Assembly (NCBI GenBank): GCA_965285935.1
Contig: OZ260663.1
Span: 29,264,001-29,328,000 of the forward strand
Direction: 5' to 3'
Origin: Ophelia neglecta
Lineage: Eukaryota
Length of the DNA: 64,000 nt
Positions 53,391-64,000 of the stretch are shown in pieces. Under the pieces are notes generated by a model. That model was given only the letters and a program-made list of their open reading frames with translations. It searched no databases and was not told where the DNA came from. The translations under genes were made by a program, and so were the position numbers. Numbering within the stretch: position 1 is the stretch's first letter; each line of letters begins with the position of its first letter.

Positions 53391-55700
53391 TAAAGGAAAG
53401 TAAACCGGGATGTGGCTGAGCTCTCCTTGTGTTTATTTTTGTAAATGTCATTGTCATCATAAATTCAGCCGCCCGTTGACGACCCGCTATCTATGGGAAC
53501 AGGTAACCAACCGCTTACTCGGGCTACTAAGTACGAATACACAAAGGCTGCTTAGCCAATATGGCGGGAGAAGAAAGTTTACAGCTGGGACTCGGCAAGA
53601 AACAAGATATTAATGTAACGGTCGTCTGACTTCGAAATTCACCTTTCCCTGAAAGCGGTGTCTGTTGTATTTTAGTTTTAACAAGACAAACTCCGGTTAC
53701 CCTTTTTCTATATATCTTTATCGGTATAAAGCCTCAAGTTTCACACTTCTTAGGCAATCCCTCTGTTTTAGAGATTAACGGTCATACATTTGAATGAACG
53801 CGTAGATACCCCTCCTATATAGAAATAACTTTCCCCTTCATAGCCGTGGATATGGAATGAGGACATAAGAATCCAGTGCAGCAGCTGCCCATTCCTCTAA
53901 GCTTAAACAATTTAAATTCGTTTCTGAATACACGCCTGTGTAATGCACGGTTTTCTAGGTATCTTCTGGGTATTTGACATCTTTTCCAATATAACTCTTT
54001 ATAGACATCCATCATCTATCAAAAAGTTAGGCACTGCCCGCGGGTGTTCAATCAGTTTATATGTTCTACGAGTCTGGTGTGAATCCTACTATTATGAACT
54101 CATTCGAACTGAGAGCAAACTGTCTTAAATACTCAAGCCGGCATGATAAGTGGGATGTGAGGCCATTATAACAGTGATTGGCAGAGCGTTGGTAATGTGG
54201 ATACTGAGTCCTCCTTGATGTGCTTCTCGACTAGTGAGCCTTTTGAAGCCTAGTTAGAGGAAGGTCTTTATTGCCTAGTTACAACTAAGTCAGGCAGAAG
54301 TGAGTGGCTAAGTTCCAGTATTAGGAGGGATCAAGTCTGGCGCATCAACTGAAGATGTACTTCTGCGCAGTGGAGCAGAAAAAGGATGTATCGCTCGTGC
54401 AGCGTATGCTTTTCCTTTGCCAATTAGCAACGAAATTGGAAACACTTGCCAAGCCAAAATTCTCATTTACGCTACTTTTACTTCTCATATATATATACAT
54501 GGGCTATCTTAGAATTCAAAATCGTTATGGTATTATATTGCTTGATGAATCCAGCAATACGTTAGTCATGGGTGTAGCAGAGAATGTGCGTCCTCAATTG
54601 TGTCTCACTGCATATAACTAATATAATCGTAGTGTGTTTCATTCCTTTGTTCACAAGACAAATGCAAATGATCGGGGAGTAAACCCAAACATTCACATCA
54701 TCAAGTTACAAAGTCTGATGAAGGTTTTTCTGTTTATTGCTTGCTCATCAGATTAAGACAAAAAATGGTTCCAAAACTGGCATCCTGGAAACTCTATACA
54801 TCCTGGTTTGGTTCGTCTCTGGGCTGGCAGTATTGATTTAACATGATTGACCGTGACAGCCTGCATTATGTATGCATGGAATTCCGTTCATTCACAGTTA
54901 ATGGTCCGTGATAAGGCCAGTAGTCGGTAAGAACGTCACTGGTGATTGTCCATGTTAAATCACTTTCTCAATAAGGAAATTGCCCCTTTTCGTCGTTCCA
55001 ATCAGAGCACAGACATCTTAATTGATGCTTTATCCTAGGCTGACTAATTGATACAACGTAACGAAGTTAATGTGCGCGGAAATCTCCGAAGAGCCATTTC
55101 TAGCAGTGAGTGATAAAATGTCCCTAACGAACAGAAATAAGATAAACTGTCCTGAAACACCACAAAAAGAGCATCATATGCATAAATTTTGCATCTGACG
55201 AAGGCAATCGCGTTTAATAGAAAGTCCAATTTTGTTCACATGTCCACCTACGTTGCTGGTTAAACAAGAACGAGATGAGTATCTTTCACTAAAATTTTGG
55301 CGAATATGTATAGGAGTCTGAAAAGGGCTTCCTGCTCACGACATATGGCTATAACTGCTATCGGAATGTATCTAGTTGGTGTATGACCAGGGTTGTTCGC
55401 GATAAATGCCGGTACATCTGGTATCTCCATGTTTAACCTTATTTTCTCCCGCCATATGCGTCATTTGGCTTTAAGTCGGAAGCTTTGACCGATGGGCACA
55501 GGGATAAACGTTGACTGCACCATTGCTGTTAACTTAAATGTGCTAGCTGCTTTCCTGACCTGTCAAAAAGTCAGAGCGCATAGTTTTATATTTGAACGGT
55601 GGGGCAGGTGACACTGTGTGTTTTTTTCTTGCGGACTTTGTAGTGATACGGGTAAGGCATTATTTATGCCGGCGGGGGGGGGGGGTGTTATTAAGATTCA

Positions 55701-57305
55701 TCAACGGATGTTGTTTCTAGGACATCCCAACATTGCGTTTTTCAGATCACCCCCACTCCCTTTCGCAGTATTCTTTTGTCCAGGGGAACTAGACTTTGTG
55801 CATTTAACCACCACGTGCAGAGGATTAAACATCGTGTTTGGGGCCTGTTTAGACTTGGTACCTCGTAATGAATCAATGACGACCCCTTCTCCCTCATAAT
55901 GCGACCTAAATGTTATTATCATAAATTTGGCGGAAAAAATGATTACCACTCTAACCCCGCACACAAATTTAACCATTACTCCGTGAAGCGAGAAATAGAG
56001 TGAAGAGAATATTGCAACGAGCAGAGAGGAATAGATTTGAGTTATGCGTATTTACATAAATATACGGCCGTGAAGAGCGCGCAGCGGAGCGAAGCGAGCG
56101 CGTACAAATGAAATTGAGGAAAGTGGTGTGTAGTGCCCTCAGGGAACGCGCGCTTAGCGATTCTTCGGGATTTAGGGGATTTAGTATAACCGCGCGCGAT
56201 AAAGGGTGACGGAACCAGCATAAGAGGCAGAGAAGTTGTCCATGAAAACAAATCACGAGGCGTTATCATAGTTATCTGTTAAGGAGATCGCCGCCTGATA
56301 GGCAGGCATTCCTATAAATGTCGCGGGGAACGCCGTCTGGCGAGAGAAGATGATATAACGTATTTACTCTGCATGATAATACAAAAGGAATTTACTTAAA
56401 TTTACACTTGAACTCGAGGCTTTCATAGAGGACTATGCTTTACTCTTCCAAAATGAATTTCCGGACAATATATGATTAGTCTATCAACTTTTAAGAAAAA
56501 ATAATTATGAAAGACAACTGTAATAACGTAGTGACTATGACGGCTGGTATATTGCAGAGATTCGGGTAGACCTGGTAGTGTTAAGGGTGATTGAATGAGA
56601 TTCATTATGCCCGCCATGGTTAGTGGCGGATTATGTGATGGCCCTTCAGACCCCAGTGTCTGTGTTCAGAGATATTGACCGGAGGGACCGTGGGAATTAG
56701 GTATTGTGTCTTTCCTAGCCTGAAATCTATAATCTCTTTATCCTGCTCACGTCCAGTTCTTTACACTATCGAGTCAAGTACATATCAATGACATGTAGCT
56801 ACCAATCGGTTCTTTCCCATACATATCTCACAGGATTCTTTTCTATAGATAAGCCGTGTCCTTTGAGTAACATTGCGCGGCTTTTACAGAGAAACCGCTC
56901 GATACTACTCGAAGTCAATGGTTTACATCGCCGGGATATAGGCTCGATTTCGATTAAAGCCAGTCAGAACAATGGCCACTCCTCTGCTCATTTAATTTGT
57001 TTCGTGTATAGTTTATATCACAGAACTATCAATATTTGAACTGTATGCCGGAAGATGACAACCACGGGACTTGTTTTCGTAGTGTTCTTAGTTCAATTCT
57101 CTCTTTGATGCAGGTCTGACACTTCTTCTTTGTTTGTCCCTTTATCTTTGTTATGTATTATCTGGTTTACCCGGAGGAGGCTGTCAGATGCAGCGCTATG
57201 CTTTGCGATGCTCAAAGCTTGCCCTAAAGTGTCTACAAGCTGATTCTGTTCATATCGCCTAAGCCTTACCCAGCAGGCACACACAGCTCCATAGCTCCAT
57301 AGCAA
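55701..57305 (-). pseudogene. Cluster of decayed cadherin repeat fragments
   Basis: NKDKGTNKEEVSDL (DxDxGxNxEIxYxL-like); GIMNL...LQYTSRHSHYVITVV (GxI...LDYExxxxYxLTV-like); VIDSLRG...VVKCTKSSSPGQKNTAK (IDxxTG...VxAxDxGxPxxSSTA-like). Confidence 0.6.
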
Positions 57306-60300
57306 GCAGTATTTACTAGCTTCTGGTCATCCGGTGGTTCCATCTATCAGACCGGGGCTCCAGATAATGAGCCCTGACAGGAAGTAAGCGCCTACGCCGC
57401 CCCCTAACTGCCCCAGGCACCACCGGCGATGTCGAACGCGCGCAGGGTAATAATATAGTTACGAATATCGTTAATACTGCCCTACCTCACCATCGGTGTC
57501 TTCAACGAAATGCTAGGCCTTTATCATATACCAAACACTCAAGTCATATAACCTTATACTGTTATCAATATTTTGTATATAATATAAGCCTATTGTCCCG
57601 TGTATTGGAATTCAAGCTACCTGAGTATTAAGCCTTCTTGACACAAAACCCTCGAGCGATAAGACCCCGGGGACTTAATATACCAGTATTTGCTGACCGA
57701 AAAACGTAACAAACCATGATTTCGACAGTGGATCCCTAACATATTAGAATCTCTAGACCGTCGGATTTAAAATTCTAGTGTTTCAAAACAGGGAGACTCC
57801 CCCGGCGTGGTATCTTAAAAAGAAAAGACGCCTATATTAATTAAATACAGTTTGTTTACCAATTCAATTGTACGCACCTAGGCCCAAATACAAAATAATT
57901 ACATGTACAAGCTTAGTTGACATTAAAACATTAAGGACGATAATCGATTAGATACCTTAAGCTTTTCTTCAAAATAGGAAGGTTAAGTAGGTTAGATTTC
58001 CCGTTATTCAAAGAGGAGTTTTCTTTCCAAAGCAACGGAGCCAAATATTCGAAAGTTTTTTTTTATAAATTCATAATGGTAAAATATGGCATCAATTTGT
58101 AATTGTTACTACTTTTTGTACATTATAATGTTATCATGGCTATTTCTTGTTGGTTAGAGGAACTCCAAATCTATAGGTATATATCCATTATTAAGTGATG
58201 ATATAAATAATTTACAAAGGAATGGTGCTATAACATTATGGAGACCATTTAAGCCTTTACGGTTTCGGCGTTCATAGGCGTTTCATTATAACAATTCGAG
58301 CTGTCTATATGAATCTTTACCGGAAACCGAAATATATTGTATTTTAGTTATTACCATTCTTTTTTGTAACAATTCTTGTCTATAGCTTCTCTTGGCCTAT
58401 GGCTTTAACTGTTGAGTTACTTCATTTTATACAAAAAGTGGTTGCTTCTTCAGATGCTATTTAGTGCATGTAGCTCTGATGTGGATAAAGTGTTTTTCTT
58501 GTCTGTAAAGCACATTTGAATCATGCTTGGTTGATATTCCCCAATCCCACACATTCTTTGCTCTTCTTCTTAACTGGGAGAGACATGATTTTCCAGTAAG
58601 AAAAACTGTAAATTAAACATTTTGTATAAAAAAAACGTCTAGAGTATTTTGCTTGCTTCGTCTATATTGTTGTCAGCACGGTGTATTTTTATGAAGAAGT
58701 CAATGGGAATATTATTTCTTTGCAACAAATTATTAATCAAACACGAACGTAGTTGAAATTATATTTACCTATACTTTTCAAGGTAAATATTAATTGATAA
58801 AAAAAATTCTTAAAAGCCTCCCATTTAGATAAGGGCACAAGCTTTAAACTCATTTCAGTCATGTCACATTTAAGAGCATAATTCTATGCATTGCAGCAAA
58901 AAAGTGATTTCCCAAGTTTCAAATTTCATTTCGTTTTTTGATTAACATCTAAGAAGCCTTCCCTGTTTTGATGCTTGAATAACCTGATAGACAGGTTAGC
59001 TTATCTACTCTTCGAGGACCCACCGATATTTCGGTATCAATATGGAATGTTGCGTGAAGGAACGAAATACATGTGTGGGTAAAGTCAACGAGTCAATATA
59101 TAGTTGGGGGCGGCCGAGAGGAGGGTGCACCATGGTGGGGGCTAGAAGCAAGACCTTTATCCATTGGTGTCAAAGAAAAGCATGTGAAATTTGTCAATTG
59201 TTTTGGTAAATATATGTCTACTTTCATGCGTCTGTCGTTATGGTTATTTTTGTAATTGAAACAACTTAACTCACGAGTGTGTCCTGCTTGGTTGTACTAT
59301 GAATTATAAGCTCAAAGGTGGTCGACATCTAGGTCACCTGGCAAATGGTTTACAATTTAGTTATTTATTATATCATGAAAACCAGACAGTTCTAGACAAT
59401 CATATCTGGGGTTTGTGGTCGGGTTTTGCCTTTTTTGTAGCTCAGAGCCAGTGTTGAAGGGGCCCTTGCCAGTCTAACCAGGTGCATATTTGGTGCCCGG
59501 TCGGCTGATATTCCCCGGAGGACCAGGGGAACCCCGTGAACGAAATACACCTTGAAATATACCGTGAGACCGGGGGACCTAATAAACCAGGAATTCGAGA
59601 AGGGATCACTTGTACTATAGAATGTCTAAAGATCGACAGACTGGGAGACTACCGGGTTGGGCCAAGAGTTAGCAAAATAAGTCGAAGGGAGTGAGCGCTT
59701 ACTCGAAATGAATATGGTATAAGCTTCAACAGCTTTGATTCTTTCGGCAGAAAGGACCCTCCTTACGGTTAATAACATAATAAAATAATTGCGCTTTCCG
59801 CTCAATAACCAGATATCGAGGTTCTTACCAACCAGCTAGATATTCCAGTGCTTCAATATTTCTGTTGAACTTGTCTGTAATAAATACTCGTTTGTTTTAG
59901 CTGTTACTGATTAGCAATGCTTTAAGGGTGTTATGAGTTATTACCGGTATGTATGGCTGCAATATTTATATGAGCGATAAAACCGGACTCTACAGCTTAT
60001 CCATGTAAAGTGCATGAGGACGCCAGTGTTGTTATGGCAAGCCGGGAAAAATATTGAAAATTGCTGGAAAGAAGAAAATCCTGGATTATTTTCAATAGAA
60101 GAAATGATTCCCCGCCTCTGGACCAATCTTCTTTTATAAATTTCTTTACCTTGACTGATAAGTTTGAAAACTGGTCATTTTTCACTAGATAAATTGATTT
60201 AACTCTATATCAAATTTAAAAAAATAACATTGGTGTGATAGTTGAACGTATTTCATCTGAACTTCCTGTAATTTTCATGTCAATTGCACCGCCCGAAATG

Positions 60301-60896
60301 GGGCTAACTCTGCCAAAGTGACGTAAGGGTTTAACCCATGACTATTAATAACGTGAGCGAGGAAAGTGCGCATTCGTGAGAATGGACGAATGTGCGGGCT
60401 ATACTTGAAATCCCGACCTGTACTGGCCGTGTACGAACTAAATATCTACACAGCTGTCCCTCATAAATGATGAAGAGTCGAAAACTTTGGTATTAGACCT
60501 AGTATCGCAAGGTCAGAACATATTAACTTGAACCTGAACCCGCCTCCACCAACCTTGGGCGATAAGGTAGGTAGTTAATGAAGATAATCAATCTGCTAAT
60601 TTGGCCTCGGTTACGGATGTAGACTTGTGCGAACGTTTAAAACCTTGCTCTAAAGGTAATATTTAATTGGCCTCTTACTTTTATTTTTTTTAAAATAAAC
60701 TTGTCATTGGTATTTATGTAAACATGGGTCCTGCGAGCGCACAAATATTACTACAGTAATATCATATATATGAAGACCCTCATATGGGCCACGCTTTGGG
60801 GTGGGTGTGGGGGGGAGGAGGGAGGGGTCCTCACCACAAACCAGCATGTTTAGAGTATTTTACAAATACTGTGAATAGTCTGAAGAGCGAAATATA

Positions 60897-61279
60897 TATG
60901 GTTACCACAGGAATTGGAAATTAATATTCTCTGACTTTTTCCCTGATTTGTTTGTAATATTCCCTTATTTATAAGACAAAATATCAAATTTCTAATTTAC
61001 GGGCTCCGACCATCCTTCTATATCCGGACCTTCATCACCATATTTTGAAAATAGCTTGAGTTTTATGTAAGCTGAAACATCTTTATTTTGAATCAATTTT
61101 TTATTCTCATCCAAACCAATATCCAAAGAACTCTTTTCTCGATCTCAAAAGAAATTGCCAAGAGTACCTCCTAATGGAATCTTTTGATACACTAGTAGCC
61201 TTCGAATTCCCTTATATTTCCCAGCAGAAGATTTTTTTCCAAGCATTTTCCCTGTTTCCCCTGTCCTGTGGTAACCCTG
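60897..61279. mobile_element. Non-autonomous hAT-like element
   Basis: 13-bp perfect TIR core GGTTACCACAGGA / TCCTGTGGTAACC, right end CCCTG, subterminal TTCCCTG repeats, degenerate 8-bp flanks GAAATATA / GAAACAAT. Confidence 0.6.
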
Positions 61280-61732
61280 GAAACAATACGACGTCATAAA
61301 CCCGCAGCTACGAGGGAAAGATGTTGTGCAAAATAAATATAAAACGCAGCTGGCTCAATCATAGACGCCGGCGGAAGTTCTGGAAATGCATCGAGGGACA
61401 ACCGCAGACTATACCAGCAGACGACCCGAGCAGGCAGCGTCATCAAGTATACCCTCGGGGTGATTCTAGAAGACGCCCATGGTTCTTCAGCTACTGTCCC
61501 AAAGACAACAGCATTTTACCATTAGAGCCCTCGCCTAACATGCTGATGCATTAGGTCCACATAGCAATGTCATGTCCCTCAGCAATGGATTAAATACAAA
61601 CGCAACAGCAAGACGGTCTTTGTCATATTATCACTCAGCTTACTCCCCATCAAAGAACAATCGTGTTTACAAAATGAATAACGAAACTTTACTTAAATAC
61701 TCTTAATTGGAAATTGCAGAATAATTAACTGT

Positions 61733-62140
61733 CTATTCAGACATCGAATGGTGGCTGTTGTGAAGGCCTGTACCATTGTACCTATAGGCAAAACGCCTGG
61801 AGTTGAGTTTTTTCATCTCGGTTGACAACATGGCTATAACGGCTCTTTCAAGCAGGTCTGAAATGGTCTCTGTAATGTTGAAGCGGCCTTTTCGTGTGTT
61901 CACTATTAAGAGGGGCACTTTGTGCGAGGCCGACTGAATCAAAGAACTGTGGCTTGAATCCATACACAAGTTCTCGAGTTGTTGACGACATTGTGCAAGG
62001 GATAGAACTATAAGTGTTTTGTAAAATGAATTCCCAAGGACGGAAGGCTTTTCAGTGTCTGGGTCCTTTTACACCCCGCCATTGGGAACGGTGTTCTCCA
62101 TTAAACTGACTAGAGTCTGTGGCCTTTCAGTAATCAGACA
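61733..62140 (-). pseudogene. Best-preserved decayed cadherin repeat (one internal stop over about 135 codons)
   Basis: One frame reads VSLMENT (62110-62090), stop, KDPD, GNSFYK, CMDSSHSSL, RFNITETISDL. An alternate frame then gives LPIGTMV (61791-61771), the start of the next repeat. Confidence 0.65.
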
Positions 62141-63306
62141 AATGCCAGTAACACACTGGCATTGATTTCCGATAGCTCGAATTTCACACTCCTTAGGCGA
62201 GTCGTTGGAGGATTATTTTCAATAGCACGGGTTGCGTAGACAGATTTCTCTCACGTAATTGAATCTTCACTCGTTTTAGCTCTGGATTTGGTGAAAAGGA
62301 AATTAAAGACTCGGTCAGATGATTTCTATGCTCTTTGATTTTTTTTTATTCACATACAATCAATCTAAACATGCCCGCCGGTCATTTGTAAATTCCAGCT
62401 GAGTGATCGCCGGAAGCGGGTGGTTTATTATCTCCCAACCCATATGCTGGTTATCACTCCGGCTGAAATGAATTAAGTTCTTCATTTAAAACCCATTTCG
62501 GCCCACCAAGTACGGTTTCTTTTCGCCAAAAAAAGATCTTATATTGTTTAAAATGTTTATATAGTCTTGTTTGTTTTAAGTCGGGGCTTGCACTAGGATA
62601 GCTTGTATTTTTTTAAGTGACTCTTTTATGATTTCATCGTGTGTCCAGTCGCTGCCAAATATTGCAGGTAAATCAAACCTAAGGTGCCAATTTTGCCATG
62701 GTTGTATCGTGCGTAAGTAGACAAAAGTCTCATAAAACCTGCACTGATATCTGAAAACACCATCCGCACTGAAAGAGCACCATATGTGATTAATTAATTA
62801 ATCGTGGGCAGGTTATTGTCCCTTGGTGCTGGCAGACGTTTAAATCATACCAGCCTTGGGTCAAGGCCAGGTGCCTCACTCTGGCCTTACGACCTATTTT
62901 CCCGCTCTTTCGTTAATAGAGTGTACAGCGATGAGTTTAAATCAAATATAAGGACCAGGAACGCTAGTCTCCAGCTAACGCCAGCTAAATGAACCCTTCA
63001 CTGTAGGGGATTATTTATACCCACCATGGGCTTCTCAATTGCTTTTAGCCTTTCTTTACTTCCGTTTTAAGTCGGCACTTGTCTTACGTGTTTCGTTTAT
63101 TGATACCCTCTTCCTGATTTACAAACAACCCTCTGACCATGGCCCAAGGCTGTGCCTGGGGCAGGGCAATCGCCTCTGTATCAGTCTACAGGTCCTGATT
63201 TTAATTTGTAGCTAGTGGCGATAAGCCTAGTTAACCATCATAGCATCAGCCAATATTGCCTCATTGTGTTTGCATTAACTCGTCATCAGTTTAATAGGAA
63301 CCGTGT

Positions 63307-63540
63307 TTATGGTCCATTGGGTCCATGATCTACAACCGCGGGCTTTTTATGAACCAGTTTTGATTTTCCCATGGGAATGTGCCTATTTGTTCTACTAATG
63401 AAAGTAACAATACGAGCGATAAGCGGGTGTAAAGTACTTGGGCCCGACCGGTAACCTATCATTTGAGCCATGTTATGGGCAGTGCTTACGATTAAAGTAG
63501 TACCTCGAGCTTTGGACATTTCCAGAGGTGAATATGACAA
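63307..63540 (-). pseudogene. Decayed cadherin repeat fragment
   Basis: YSPLEMSKARGTTLIVSTAHN..IGY...ISRTNRHI...KLVHK...VVDHGP follows the order E..GT..A.D / IxY / IDxxTGxI / LDxE / AxDxG. Confidence 0.55.
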
Positions 63541-64000
63541 TGCCCTGCGATGCCAGACGTGCAGGATTTCAAACTTTCTTTTGCATGAATGCTATAGAGC
63601 GATGGCATCTCTCAGGGCGCTGCACAATAGCATGCGCGGCTTAGAGAACGCACCCGCTTCCTAGCTTCTTACCATAGACGGGTGAGCTAATGAGACAGCA
63701 ACGGCACCTCACTTTTGGAGGAATGGGCGTGTGTACCGTGTTGCTCCTTCATGACTTGTCCGCTTTAACGGTTCTTTAAATCTAAGAAGCTACATACTGA
63801 TTTCCTCAAGTGAAATAAGTTATTGTAACATCACATTAAGATGTTTTCAGATTGTTTGAATGTGACTTTTGTGTACTGTGATGAATTTAAACTTTTTTGA
63901 CATACATCCGACTATGGAATTGCTTCTGTAATAAGCCGCTGTAATTGTATTCATGGTTCACCATATGTGCTAGTGGTTCTCTGCTACACACCGTAAACTC

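Larger units (their letters stand above)
77..63540 (-). pseudogene. Window-wide field of decayed cadherin (EC) repeat fragments, interrupted by the GT92 gene and by transposons
   Basis: About 30 minus-strand patches carry cadherin motifs in correct order. Examples: ISENVP..HDQE (5521-5724), IITDV....P (10905-11102), EDATPGT (32281-32301), GIEFSL....WFTV...FG (41276-41497), VESVTVTDND (45284-45316), SLDHLLQETIY..GQDIG (46005-46187), IDSLRG..VVKCTKSSSPGQKNTA (55701-55976), KDKGTNKE (57093-57305), VSLMENT..KDPD..FNITETISD (61733-62110). Every patch is short and bounded or broken by stops or frameshifts. Confidence 0.7.

Noticed and set aside
55980-56340. CpG-rich patch as a promoter
   Set aside because: No linked exon or gene found; it lies between cadherin-like fragments and may be residual coding composition.

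Overview
AT-rich eukaryotic genomic DNA from an invertebrate animal. The MetaSINE-type SINE, L2 LINE and GT92 gene point to a lophotrochozoan, but that assignment is inference. There is one 136-nt assembly gap. The only clearly intact coding sequence is a minus-strand family-92 glycosyltransferase (DUF23, GALT-1-like). Its large exon (8449-9796) has no ATG upstream of the TM anchor and probably splices to a small upstream exon (candidate 10826-10848). The most striking signal is that short minus-strand frames from about 0.1 kb to 63.5 kb repeatedly read as decayed cadherin (EC) repeat motifs (E-N/D-x-x-x-G-T, DxD, YSI, IDxxxG, LDxE, YxLxVxAxD, DVNDNxPxF), broken by stops and frameshifts. Several patches are still about 70% identical to each other in DNA, and all lie in the same orientation. 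The window therefore looks like a fossil giant cadherin-repeat array or dead cadherin cluster with the intact GT92 gene nested in it. Interspersed are an intact tRNA-derived SINE with 14-bp TSDs, a decayed L2 LINE, several MITEs, a foldback element, a 30-bp minisatellite with higher-order structure and microsatellites. All family assignments come from manual motif reading; no searches were run.
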